Assembly: GCA_965249025.1 (NCBI GenBank)
Contig: OZ252215.1
Location: 622,600 to 686,599, forward strand
DNA: 64,000 nucleotides
Source of the DNA: Dehalococcoidia bacterium
GTDB taxonomy: Bacteria > Chloroflexota > Dehalococcoidia > Lucifugimonadales > CAYTFF01
Reading direction: 5' to 3'
The notes under the pieces are model-generated. The model worked only from the letters and a program-made list of their open reading frames with translations, was not told the DNA's origin and ran no database searches. Of the stretch, positions 1 to 9,984 are shown in pieces. Each line of letters starts with the position of its first letter. Positions within the stretch are counted from its first letter, which is position 1. The position numbers and the translations under genes were made by a program.

Positions 1-192
1 GCTAGGGGCGGAGGTCAGAACCTAGCAACCATCATCAGGCCTCGGCCCGACTACCCAAAGCTGATAGAGGCGTTTGGGGGGTGGGGCCGGGCAATAAGCC
101 ATCCCCAAGAAATCATCCCAGCTATCAGAAAAGGCATAGAGGAAGTTCAGGACGGCAGGCCTGCCTTGGTGGACGTTTCCCTGGCATGGTAG
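1..192 (+). CDS. Thiamine-pyrophosphate-dependent enzyme, C-terminal end (gene starts before the window)
   Basis: Frame +1 translated by hand: ...PRPDYPKLIEAFGGWGRAISHPQEIIPAIRKGIEEVQDGRPALVDVSLAW*, typical TPP-enzyme C-terminus (PDY..AEAFG...GRPALVDV). Confidence 0.7.
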   Translation, partial: ARGGGQNLATIIRPRPDYPKLIEAFGGWGRAISHPQEIIPAIRKGIEEVQDGRPALVDVSLAW

Positions 193-242
193 CCGGAAGC
201 AGGCCAGGGGGGCATACTTACTGGGAGCATCAGGAATGTCCA

Positions 243-412
243 GGCTAAGGAGGCCGCTATGCTCTAGTTGGGCAGAAGGTTATCTCCAGGTTCTTATTGC
301 CACCATAATTAACCTACAGTCGTGGAGTCCCCCGAAGGTAGCCCCAGAATTAAGGGCCGCGTATTCAACGCCCAAACTCTTAAGACGTCAATTACCGGGT
401 CAGACCATACTC
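243..412 (-). pseudogene. Frameshifted N-terminal remnant of a TPP-dependent enzyme
   Basis: Minus strand pieces across frames read WSDPVIDVLR / LGVEYAALNSGATF / GLHD / VNYGGNKNLEITFC, matching the (W/Y)GSD..LNPGA(S/T)FRGLHDS.VNY N-terminus of benzoylformate-decarboxylase/ALS-like TPP enzymes. Confidence 0.55.
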
Positions 413-440
413 GGTTGTGTCCAATAGTCGGTTCCTATCA

Positions 441-671
441 TTAGCTGCGGATGTCTCGCAAAAACCAGAACATAGGGAGCTTGCGACTTAGGTCCTTCTC
501 CTTAACGAGTTGGTAGATCTTGCATGCCGTAGCGATAACCTGTATAGATATCCCACTGCTGGTAAAGCACGTAATTTCGTCGTCGCTTACCCGGCCAGAT
601 ACTTGACCTAAGATGACGTCGGAAAGGAAGGTCTTCTTATCTGCTTTGCCAGAACGCTTTTCTGTAGCCAA
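441..671 (-). pseudogene. C-terminal fragment of ornithine cyclodeaminase/mu-crystallin family protein
   Basis: LSDVILGQVSGRVSDDEITCFTSSGISIQVIATACKIYQ resembles the OCD C-terminal motif (L.EVI.G...GR...DEIT.F.S.G..I.D). No N-terminal part exists before the upstream gene ending at 793. Confidence 0.6.
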
Positions 672-792
672 CCATTTATCATTTTGTTCAGGGTTAACAG
701 GGTCATCAATAAGTCCACCCCGCTGGGCAGGAGGGCTGACGGGATGTGCTCCCCCCTGCCCAGATACGTATATTTGCCGAATGCTAGTCCCG

Positions 793-2445
793 TTACCGCT
801 CTATCCAGGTATCCCTTATATTCGGGTGCGAGTCAAGGAATTGAAAATAGCCATGTACTTTATCGCTTGCCACAGTGTTGGACACCTCGTGAATCAGGTA
901 GACCCAGGGTGCATCTGCCGTTATCAACCGCTGGGCCTGGTGGTATAGCTTGGCGGCTTCCTCCACATCGTAGATACCCTTGGCCTTGGCAAGGAGTCTG
1001 TCTACCTCGGGATTACTATAGCCCATCACGTGATTGTACTTGACACCTGTCTCGTAAAGCACGCCGAGATATATGCCAGGGTCTGGGCGGGTTCCCATGC
1101 CTGTGCTGAGCGGCGAATCCCATTCCCCAGTTGTCCAGTCGCTCCAGTATGTATCGGCCTCATATGGTGTTACATTGGCCTGTATCCCTACCTCCGCTAG
1201 CATCGCCTGGATGGCCTCACACCACTCTAATTCGAAGGGGATTCCCCGGCAGCGCTGGTCATAGCTGAACCCGTCCTTGTATCCGGCCTCAGCCAGCTTC
1301 TCCCTGGCCTTCTGGGGATCATATTGGAACATCTTCAAGTCAGAATCGTGATATGGACCAAAGGACTCGCCCATTTGGGCATAGGCTGGGCTGGCCATAC
1401 CTGTCCACATCGCGTCAACCAAAGCCTGCCTGTCTATGGCATATGAAAAAGCCTCTCGCAGCGCCAAGTTGTCCCAGGGAGCTTTGTCCGTCCTAAACCA
1501 TAGGCCTCTGGTCCTCTTGCCCTTCTTCAAGACCACTTTCAGGCCCGGCAGGTCCTGGGCCAGGAGCACGTCGGGGGCGCGGAGCTCGTAGGCCAGGTCT
1601 ATCTCTCCAGTGCGTACGTTGGCGAACCGAACGGTCCTGTCTGGTATCATGGGCATCACAATAGAGTCCAGATATGGGGCACCCTTGTCCCAATAGTCAT
1701 CTACGGCCTCTACAGTCAGGTGGCTATCTACAACCCACTCAACGAACTTGTACGGGCCCGAGCCAACGGGGTTTCTGCCGTAGTCTCCCAAACGTTCGGC
1801 GTATGAGTCAAACTTCTCCACTGCCGTAGGTGAGACTATCATGCCCTCTCGGGCCGCTAAGCGTGTAAGAAAGAACCTTGAGGGACTGTCTATCTTCATC
1901 CTCACCGTCTGCTGGTCTATCACCTCTACGCTTTCCAGGCCTTTTAGCAAAGCTCTCACATGGGATCCGAGCTCCTCATCTAAATAGCGGTCAAATGTCC
2001 ACTTCACCGCATCAGCGGACAGGATTGTCCCGTCGTGGAACTTCGCACCCGGGGCCAGATGAAAGGTGATGACTGTCCCGTCATCGGAAATTTCCCATGA
2101 TCTAGCTAGGCCGGGCTTGACTGTAGAATCAGGGGTATTGTCTACCAAGGTGCTATACATTGTGAACATGGCGGGCGTAAACCCTCTATTTGGTTGGTAT
2201 GCAGGGTCAAGGCTATCGAACTCGCGAGTGAGGGCGAATCTGAGCACCCCGCCGTACTGAGGCTGTCCTTCGGGTGCTGTAGCTGACGTAGTGGCTGGTG
2301 CCGCTGTAGGCGCTGGAGCCGCCGTGGGGCGAGGCGCTGGAGTTGGCGCGTCCTCAGCTCCACAGGCCAGAGCAAATACAAGCAAAGCGCTTGCAACTAC
2401 TCCCAGAACGCCAAGGCCAAGATAACGTTTCCTCTTTCGATCCAT
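793..2445 (-). CDS. ABC transporter family-5 (DppA/OppA-like) substrate-binding lipoprotein
   Basis: Lipobox FALAC, Pro/Ala/Thr linker, LDP, PGLARSWEISDDG, FHDGT, PVGSGPYKF motifs. Start moved to ATG 2445 behind RBS AAGGAGG. Confidence 0.9.
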   Translation of the reverse strand: MDRKRKRYLGLGVLGVVASALLVFALACGAEDAPTPAPRPTAAPAPTAAPATTSATAPEGQPQYGGVLRFALTREFDSLDPAYQPNRGFTPAMFTMYSTLVDNTPDSTVKPGLARSWEISDDGTVITFHLAPGAKFHDGTILSADAVKWTFDRYLDEELGSHVRALLKGLESVEVIDQQTVRMKIDSPSRFFLTRLAAREGMIVSPTAVEKFDSYAERLGDYGRNPVGSGPYKFVEWVVDSHLTVEAVDDYWDKGAPYLDSIVMPMIPDRTVRFANVRTGEIDLAYELRAPDVLLAQDLPGLKVVLKKGKRTRGLWFRTDKAPWDNLALREAFSYAIDRQALVDAMWTGMASPAYAQMGESFGPYHDSDLKMFQYDPQKAREKLAEAGYKDGFSYDQRCRGIPFELEWCEAIQAMLAEVGIQANVTPYEADTYWSDWTTGEWDSPLSTGMGTRPDPGIYLGVLYETGVKYNHVMGYSNPEVDRLLAKAKGIYDVEEAAKLYHQAQRLITADAPWVYLIHEVSNTVASDKVHGYFQFLDSHPNIRDTWIER

Positions 2446-2561
2446 TTGAATTCCCTCCTTGCTATGGTTCATATCGGATAGCGCTTGTTTGGGAAGGCGC
2501 TGGACTAACCACTTAGTCATCCTAGTTATGAGCCAGTCACACTAGAAAATTAAGTGTGTAT

Positions 2562-2590
2562 TTAATACCACAATCGGAAGGACATGTCAA
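2562..2590 (-). promoter_or_regulatory. Sigma70-like promoter for the SBP gene
   Basis: Minus strand TTGACA (2590-2585), 17-bp spacer, TATTAA (2567-2562). Confidence 0.55.
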
Positions 2591-2772
2591 GGCGCTTATT
2601 ATTTGTGAATCATATCACACACGCCTAGGGCGATGCTTAACTGTATAGTCAGAGAGATTGAGGAATTCGTAATGTGATGCAGCGGCTATCTACCGATATG
2701 AAATGGAGTAGTTGGGTGCCAAATGGGTAATACTTGACACGGTATCCATTCTGGGTGTAGAAATGGCTTATC
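2585..2772. repeat. Divergent-promoter module, copy A
   Basis: 2660-2772 aligns without gaps to 9719-9831 (83/113 identical, counted by hand). Both copies have a reverse TTGACA exactly 70 bp upstream and a forward TTGACA...GGTGTAGAAATG. Confidence 0.8.
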
Positions 2773-3201
2773 CATTAAGACTGGGTTTCGTGCTGTTCTC
2801 ATACGCATTTAGCTTCTTGACAGCTACATGCAAGAGTCATGAGGGATTGATTCCTATCGCGGAGATGAATCGCTGATTTCTAACTACGATCTCGATCGGC
2901 TGGGTGCCCAGCATTTAGACACTTCGAGAGGGGGAGCGAAAGCTATTGCCTTCACGCGCTGCTTGAGTTGGGTAAAGGTGACTTCCTTGTTTTGAGAGTT
3001 CTAGCTGCCACTTCACTAGTCTCTACTTTTGTAGTGTCGCCATATCGCAGAGCGACGTCATCGAAAACAACAACGGCGTCTTTGGCCACTGTGAAATAGC
3101 CGTGGTGTCCACTAATGCACTCCTCTCTAGTAGTGTGGATTCCTGAAGCTTTTCCTAGCCCTAATGGAAATCTAGATCGCCAGTTCTAAAAGAGGTTGCC
3201 T

Positions 3202-3948
3202 ATGAGACTCGAAGGGAAAACAGCGCTTGTTACTGGCGCCACTCGTAACATTGGCAAGGCTATTGCCCTGGACTTCGCTTCCGAGGGCGCAAGGGTCGCC
3301 ATAAATGCCCGCTTCCATAAGGAAGAAGCGGAATTAGTTGCTTGGATGGCGAGAGATATGGGAACTGAAGCGATAGCTGTTATGGCTGATGTTTCGGAAG
3401 CAGTTCAAGTAAGAGAAATGGTACACATGGTAGTATCGGAGCTTGGTCCTATTGATATTCTGGTGAGCAATGTGGGCGTCCGCATCAAAAAGCCATTTGA
3501 TCAGATGTCCTACGAGGAATGGAGACACGTTTTGTCTATCAACCTAGACGCCTCTTTTCTGCTAGCCAGGCAAGTGGTTCCTTCTATGAAGCAGAGGCGT
3601 TGGGGACGCATAATTACCGTCTCTGGCGTAGGAGCCGTTGCAGGGGCATCGGAGTGGGCTCACGTATGCGCCTCCAAGATGGGTCTTATAGGATTAACCA
3701 GAGCATTGGCTGTGGAGCTTGGACCTTATAATATACTAGTCAACAATCTCTCTCCAGGCGGCGTCAGAGACGTAGACTACGATGGTGGGAATGGTTCCAG
3801 GGTGCCACCGCCGTCCACACTCATGGGACGCGTCGGACGACCTTTCGAGGTTGCCCGGGTGTGTACTATGCTGTGTTCCGACGACGGCGGGTGGATCACG
3901 GGACAGACCATCCACATTGACGGGGGGTCCCTTAGAATAGGCTCGTAA
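3202..3948 (+). CDS. Short-chain dehydrogenase/reductase (FabG-like fold)
   Basis: TGATRNIGKAIA Rossmann motif, SNVG, NNLSPG. The YxxxK position reads VCASK. Start taken at ATG 3202. Confidence 0.88.
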   Translation: MRLEGKTALVTGATRNIGKAIALDFASEGARVAINARFHKEEAELVAWMARDMGTEAIAVMADVSEAVQVREMVHMVVSELGPIDILVSNVGVRIKKPFDQMSYEEWRHVLSINLDASFLLARQVVPSMKQRRWGRIITVSGVGAVAGASEWAHVCASKMGLIGLTRALAVELGPYNILVNNLSPGGVRDVDYDGGNGSRVPPPSTLMGRVGRPFEVARVCTMLCSDDGGWITGQTIHIDGGSLRIGS

Positions 3949-4000
3949 CAGAATACCTCCTTAATCTGTTGGATGTCCCGTACCTGCGTGCGCCTTGATC

Positions 4001-5524
4001 TTATTCGTCCTTCAGGTGATCGACAGCGTCCATAAGTTTAGAGTTGGCCTTCTCTACCCTTCTTCTTGTGTCATGTAGCCACACTCTGTGGGATCTAAGT
4101 TCCTGTCTCCCTTTCTCTATTTGCCGCAGGACGTCTTTCGGATTGGTGCTGCCAGGCGTGATACGACTGCGGACAAATCTCACGGGGTCCATGGACTCCA
4201 TGAAGGTGTCTCCGTCTAGTCGAGGAGGGGCAATGCCCACTTCCTGGGCTGCTTCGTCCAATAGCCGAGAATCTATTTCGGAAGGGGAGCGCTGGTTTTG
4301 CACCGCAAGTCGCACCAGACGTGCAACGATTTCATGAGCGTCGTGGAAAGATAGTCCCCTTCTTCTGACTAAGACGTCGGCCAGATCATTGGCCGAGGAG
4401 AAGTCTTCGTTCACTAATTGGAGCATTCTTTCTCTGTCCACCTTGAGCCGACCTAGTGTTTCAGCGTTAATTTTGAGAAGGCCTTCCACAATGGGGCCGT
4501 AGTGTTCTATATTGGGTGCTTCTAAAAAAGAGTCGGAAGATGAGGCTCCCATCAGCGAAGCGAGGGCAGAGCCTGGCCAACCGGAAGCATGGCGGGCTGC
4601 GACTCTGGTATGTTCCCATACATAGGCGTTCTTCTTCTGAGGCATGATGCTGCTGCTGCCTGAGTGCTCGTCGGCTGGTTCCACCATTCGGAATTCGTGT
4701 GAACTCCATACGTAGAAGTCGCTGGCCAGGTAGTGTAGGGTAGTCATCAGCATTGAATAAACGTTTGCAACTTCGGCTCGGTATATGTAAGTACGGGACA
4801 CGCGGGCGTTTTCCGTATTAGACTGGAATCCCAACAACTCCCTCGTGCGATCACGGTCAATAGGCCAACTTGTGCCGGCAATGGAAGCAGTGCCCAGGCA
4901 GTTCACATCGGTGTGATCGTAGGCTAGTTGCAATCTTTCTAGATCGTCGACGTGCAGCCAGAACTGCGCCATCAGGTGGTGGCCCAGGGTTATGGGTTGA
5001 GCCGGCTGAAGGTGCGTATATCCGGGCATGACGGCATCATAGTATTCCTCGCCTTTGCCAAGAAGCGTTTCCTGCCAGCCAAGGAGGGCTTCGATGACCT
5101 GGAGTAGATGACCTCGAAGATGAAAGCGCATTATAGTGGCGTCGCGGTCGGTCCGGCTCCGGGCGGTGTGCATTCGTCCTGCAATATCAGGGCCGATCTC
5201 CCTGCCCAGATAGGACTCTATTTGAAACAGTGTCCCATCCTTGGAGAAGTCCAGAGGTATTGACTCAGGGCCGCCATTCATAGCTTTCAAGAGAGTGTCG
5301 CATATAACCGCAGCATGTTTCTTTTCGATAATGCCCTGTTCAGCCAGCATAACGGTATGCGCCAGATCTATTATGATCTCGGCGGAGAACCGGTCGGGGT
5401 CCCTCAGCATCATCACACCAGGACGGTTGACTATCTGCTGGAAAAGCTCTGTTGGTGGAGTGCCTAGTCTGCCCTGGTTGAATTGAAGAGTGTCGCTTTG
5501 TCTGGTCCTTTTGTTGTCATCCAC
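4001..5524 (-). CDS. Argininosuccinate-lyase-like C-N lyase (fumarase/aspartase superfamily)
   Basis: GYTHLQPAQP and GSSSIMPQKKN signature motifs. ARSRTDRDAT replaces the canonical GRSRNDQVAT. Confidence 0.85.
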   Translation of the reverse strand: MDDNKRTRQSDTLQFNQGRLGTPPTELFQQIVNRPGVMMLRDPDRFSAEIIIDLAHTVMLAEQGIIEKKHAAVICDTLLKAMNGGPESIPLDFSKDGTLFQIESYLGREIGPDIAGRMHTARSRTDRDATIMRFHLRGHLLQVIEALLGWQETLLGKGEEYYDAVMPGYTHLQPAQPITLGHHLMAQFWLHVDDLERLQLAYDHTDVNCLGTASIAGTSWPIDRDRTRELLGFQSNTENARVSRTYIYRAEVANVYSMLMTTLHYLASDFYVWSSHEFRMVEPADEHSGSSSIMPQKKNAYVWEHTRVAARHASGWPGSALASLMGASSSDSFLEAPNIEHYGPIVEGLLKINAETLGRLKVDRERMLQLVNEDFSSANDLADVLVRRRGLSFHDAHEIVARLVRLAVQNQRSPSEIDSRLLDEAAQEVGIAPPRLDGDTFMESMDPVRFVRSRITPGSTNPKDVLRQIEKGRQELRSHRVWLHDTRRRVEKANSKLMDAVDHLKDE

Positions 5525-5549
5525 AGCAGTGGTCTCCTTCTGGTTACTT

Positions 5550-6401
5550 CTATGGCTCGGAATACCCGCCCACTGGAAACTTCACCCCATGGACGTTTTG
5601 ATAGTCTACAGGGGGAGTTGATTTCCACCCTTGGAGGAGCTCGGGGGCTGGCAGATAGACCTCGACACCGAGAGGCCGGCATGTAGGTGCAGGATTACCA
5701 GCGTTAGGGCCCCACGACGGGACTGAAAGGTCTCCCGAAGGACAGGTCGAAAGGGCGCACAGCAAGTCTATCTCCGCGAAGAATTCGAAGAAGTCACCTC
5801 TCTTGGCGGGGCTCGCCTTGACAAAGTATCGGTCATCTTCTTTAGTGAGTCCAGTCACCTGAAAGATATTCAGGACGTCATGCACGTCGAACTCCGTTAG
5901 GCGGTAGGGCTGGACTGCCCTCACAAGGTTGGAATGGCAGCAATAATCGAAGTCCTCGCCAGTCAGCATCTTGTGCACGTATGGGTCACAACGTGTTCCA
6001 AGCAAATCATGGCAACCGGCACCGTCTTCGTCGAGTCCATAGTTTATTGTGTCGTCGGTGATAGTAAGCATTGGGCGTAGGTATGGCAGGGTCGACCAGA
6101 GGCGGTCGTACTTGGTGACGTGGGCGCTATGGAGTTGCCTTGTGCGCGAAGCCCAAAAGCGCTCGCGAGGGTTGTGAAGGTTCCAAGCGTTGAAATCTCC
6201 GACCTGAGGACCTTCGGGAACGACGATGCGGCAGATCTGGCCCGCGAGAACTGGCCATGCCTTGCCGGAGCGGGCTGGAATAATGAACTGGCTGATTTTC
6301 TCTCGCTTCTCCGATTCTCGGGCAAGGCGGTCGTAGAAGGCGCGATCGACGTCGATGGGTGTATCCGGCATTCTGGAGTAAATCACATATGGTTTGGCCA
6401 T
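5550..6401 (-). CDS. DUF1989 / urea-carboxylase-associated family protein
   Basis: GPQVGDFNAWN, HDLLGTRC, CCHSNL, DVHDVLNIFQ, ALSTCPSGD motifs. Confidence 0.8.
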   Translation of the reverse strand: MAKPYVIYSRMPDTPIDVDRAFYDRLARESEKREKISQFIIPARSGKAWPVLAGQICRIVVPEGPQVGDFNAWNLHNPRERFWASRTRQLHSAHVTKYDRLWSTLPYLRPMLTITDDTINYGLDEDGAGCHDLLGTRCDPYVHKMLTGEDFDYCCHSNLVRAVQPYRLTEFDVHDVLNIFQVTGLTKEDDRYFVKASPAKRGDFFEFFAEIDLLCALSTCPSGDLSVPSWGPNAGNPAPTCRPLGVEVYLPAPELLQGWKSTPPVDYQNVHGVKFPVGGYSEP

Positions 6402-6550
6402 TAGGACGCTCCATGTATTAGGTTACGCCAAAGTCTCTGCGGTGTGGTTCTCAGAATGAGAATCTCCAACGTGAGGCCCTGCTATTGATAGAATCTGATC
6501 ATTAGATTCGACGTGCCTCCAGGCAATTGCTATTACAAAAACCAAAAGAC

Positions 6551-7455
6551 TCAGTGGGACAGATCCTGGCTTAGCTTAAGAAGATGGGCGGCATTACCTC
6601 CAAGCATCGCTTCAACGTCATTTTCGCTGAACTTGTATCCGTACTTTGCTCCCAAAGACGGAAAAGATTGAAAGATTTCTACACACTCCTTCATCGAAAT
6701 GAAGCTGCGCTTGCCTGGGAAATCGGTGGCCCAGACAATGTGGTCTATTCCTACAGCATTGCGCATTCGGTCGATGGCATGAAGTGCCTCCTGAGGCCTG
6801 TCGCGAATTAGGGTGTGCCATTCCGATAGCTCAAGGATCATGTTAGGATGGCCTTGGGCAACAGCGACGCAGTCTGCCCACCATTCCCCACCGGCGTGAC
6901 CCATAATCATGGTGAGAGTGGGAAAATCGGCTGCAACGTCATCGAATTCCAGGGGATGGCTATAGCGGCTGTACATTCGGGGATGGAAGGCCGGAGCGCA
7001 GTGGAAGATCACTGGCAGACTGTGGGCAACACATAGTTCATAGAAAGGATAGCATACCTTGTCGTGTGGGGAGAACCCACACTTGAGTGTAGTTTGAAGC
7101 CCTTGGCCCCCCATACCTTGATTCCACGTTCGAAGCTGTCTGCTGCCTCTGGCTTACGCGGGTCGATACCAAAGAATGGAATTATCCTGTCCGGATAGCG
7201 CCTGTATGCCTCGAAGACGAGGCGGTTCTCTTCCTCGATGCTCAGAGTGCCTTCTCCCAGCCGAGAAGTGAAATCAGCGACGAGCATCACGGTTTTGTCG
7301 ACCCCCGCATCGTCCATCTCCTCAATTGTCTCTCGGGCAGTCTCTTCCCAGTTGAAGTCCGTTTGGGGCCTCTGGTACTTAGCTGCTAGGCCGATGAAAG
7401 CTGCACGGTGCCGCTGACCAGCGGACCACATATGGCGATGAAGGTCGATAATCAT
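6551..7455 (-). pseudogene. Amidohydrolase_2 family metal hydrolase with a 1-nt frameshift near 7080
   Basis: N-terminal IDLHRH motif in ORF 7009-7455. GAKGFKLH continues in another frame as CGFSPHDKVCYPFYE...IFHC...GHAG...ATDFP (ORF 6551-7114). Confidence 0.85.
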
Positions 7456-8246
7456 TGAAACTACTTTTCGAGCCGAACGCGTCCTAACTCTAGAACCGCA
7501 TCTGTCATGATCACGTAGTTGAGGACGTTACTACCCATCTGGTGGAGGGTGAATTGGGAATCCCGAAAAAGTCTCTCCTGCGATAGTCTTATGGGTCTGT
7601 GCGTAAATGTGGTTAGCCCTTGTCACTTCGAAAATGTGGGACTCCTCCATGATCCGATCGATCTGAAGATTGCCGTATTAGCCCTGTTTTGGGAACCCAT
7701 TAGAGTGGAAACACCGTGTATACTTCTGCCTTAATCGGGACGAACCATTATCCAACGTGAGTATTTAACACAACCTCACGCACTATGTCAACTCACTGAC
7801 CGTTAAGGCACCGTCTACTATAGCTAGGATGTTGGCAGGTAAGGAAACCTATGATCAACGAATGTCATGCAACCACACACTTGTAACTGTAAGCTAGCCG
7901 CATTCTTAGCTATCCTGGATTGGAACTGACTGGTTGAAGTGGTTGAAATAGGGTGGCTTAATCTCTCCCTGAGCATCTTTGGCGTAAGAGGGAGCACTTG
8001 AATATCAAAGTCGGACCTCTCATTGGCGCTCGTCTGATCGAAACTTGGGGATTACCTTCTCAAGTGCTGCAAGTTTTGCCAGTAGCTATCCCGGCCAATA
8101 TCAATGTGAGCCAGCATCTGTTCACATCAGGGAGACTGCCGAAAGCCCCTAGAATCAACCATTGTCGCATCAACGCGTAGCCCACGGATGCGCCTAAGAA
8201 AAGTTACTTAATAATCGAACACTTTATCCAAAGCATCTAGTAATTC

Positions 8247-8549
8247 TTAAACTTCTTCTTTCAATGGAGTCACCACGGTTACATTGTATTCATCGCCGTC
8301 TATCCACGCCCATGGACTATCGGGCCTCTTGGCTTCAGCCATCCGTACCTTTAGGAAATTATCTAGGGTTTCCTTGTCCTTCCAGAAGGTTACGTTGACG
8401 AACTTCAGGGGATCAGTGCTTGACTGCATGGAGTACCTGCCCATCACGCCTCCAGTTTCTTTACCCATTTGGCTAGTGCCCGCAATGAAGGCCTTAGCCT
8501 CGTCTAGTTTCCCTTCCTTCGCCTTGTGAATAGTCACCCTGGCAATCAT
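8247..8549 (-). CDS. Antibiotic-biosynthesis-monooxygenase (ABM)-like dimeric alpha/beta barrel protein
   Basis: 100 aa, MIARVTIHKAKEGK...DPLKFVNVTFWKD pattern, RBS AGGGAGG. Confidence 0.7.
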   Translation of the reverse strand: MIARVTIHKAKEGKLDEAKAFIAGTSQMGKETGGVMGRYSMQSSTDPLKFVNVTFWKDKETLDNFLKVRMAEAKRPDSPWAWIDGDEYNVTVVTPLKEEV

Positions 8550-8610
8550 GATACCCTCCCTGTTATGTAGTTTTCTATACTTATTCCGTCAACCTTGAAA
8601 GGCTGGCCTC

Positions 8611-9309
8611 TCAGCGTTGACCATCATTTGCGACCCTTTCAAAGTAGTCAACGGCCTCATCAATCGATATGACATCCGCATACTTCTGGTTCATATCGAA
8701 TAGGTTGAGAGAGTGGGAAGTTTCATGCCTGTCAAAGGTACACTCCTCGACCAGACCAATACGGAACCGATACGAGCATCCATCAACCACCGTAGCTCGA
8801 ACGCAGCCGCTAGTGGACTCGCCACAGGCTATTATCGTGTCTATGTCATTGGCTATCAGATGTTCTACCAGAGGGGTTCCGAAAAAGGCACTAGGAGCGG
8901 CCTTGCGCACCACTAGTTCGTCCGGTCGGGGCGTTAGCTCTTCCACAATATTGAACTGGATCTTCTTCTGCCAGTCTGGGATTTCACGGCCTCGCTTCTT
9001 AAGGATACCCCACGGGTTTGGAAAATCATCAATGTTTGTGCTGTAGACCACGAGAACCCCTTTTTCCCTTGCGGCTCGCAATAGCTCCTGAGTCTTGTAG
9101 ACAGCATCCCAGCCCTCTAGGCCACAGCTAAAGGGCCACGTTCTTATTGACTCTAGTAGAGGTTGAGGTCGATCGCCCAGAGCAAAGTAGAAGTCGTCGA
9201 TTATCAGCAATACGGGTTTCACTCCGAACCCGAAAGGCTCCTTCTTGGCTCCTCCCTGAGCTAGATGTGACTTGTCACGTTCAGTTAGAAACCTGTCCCA
9301 AACCCTCAT
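8611..9309 (-). CDS. Isochorismatase-family cysteine hydrolase (maleamate/N-carbamoylsarcosine amidase-like)
   Basis: Catalytic triad motifs LLIIDD, RKAAPSAFFG and GESTSGCVRAT. Confidence 0.85.
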   Translation of the reverse strand: MRVWDRFLTERDKSHLAQGGAKKEPFGFGVKPVLLIIDDFYFALGDRPQPLLESIRTWPFSCGLEGWDAVYKTQELLRAAREKGVLVVYSTNIDDFPNPWGILKKRGREIPDWQKKIQFNIVEELTPRPDELVVRKAAPSAFFGTPLVEHLIANDIDTIIACGESTSGCVRATVVDGCSYRFRIGLVEECTFDRHETSHSLNLFDMNQKYADVISIDEAVDYFERVANDGQR

Positions 9310-9643
9310 CTTTGCCTCCTATATTAATGTACCCACGGACAAACCTCTCGGTTTCAACGTCCCTTGGCTAAATTGGCACCTGAGATACATCCGAAGATAA
9401 AGAGCTTTGCCTATATAAGTACCCGTGTGGTAGCTGGCCCCATGAAATCCTCCCAATATCTAACCTGCAGCATCAAGCTAGGAATTCTTCCAGAGCGATT
9501 TACAACGTGTCCTGCTGGTCAATGCTAATCACCCCCACATATCGATAAGATATGAAATCGTTCATCAGACGCCGGCTGACCACGGCAGCGCCAGACAAGC
9601 CTATCTACAGAGGTCTTCCCCTTTTACAATAATCAAAGATACT

Positions 9644-9831
9644 TGTCAAGTCACTTATTGGTTGGGAGCCTGGGCGCACTTGGTTAGACCAAGTCGTGAC
9701 CATTTTGTTAGACCGATAGAGGAAATCGTAATGTGATGGGGCGATTAACTACCGACATGAAGTGAAGATGTTGGTTGCCAAAAGGAGAAACCTTGACACC
9801 ATAGTCTCAGAAGGTGTAGAAATGCGATATC
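9644..9831. repeat. Divergent-promoter module, copy B
   Basis: Ungapped match to 2585-2772. Lies between the divergent isochorismatase and DUF1028 genes. Confidence 0.8.
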
Positions 9832-9984
9832 TAAAGGGACTCCTTACCGCGCGCAGTCGAAAACTAGGTCGATGGCGTTTCAGGAAGATGGATAGAGCTT
9901 ACCTCGGGAAGCTCAGGAGATTTTGTGAGAAGCCGAACGTCCTTGGCGGCAAGAAATCCCGGTTATAGTCACGAGGAGAGCGAT

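Noticed and set aside
2930-3130. Possible isochorismatase remnant on the minus strand (HGYFTVAKDAVVVFDD)
   Set aside because: The resemblance is too short to support without a translated search.
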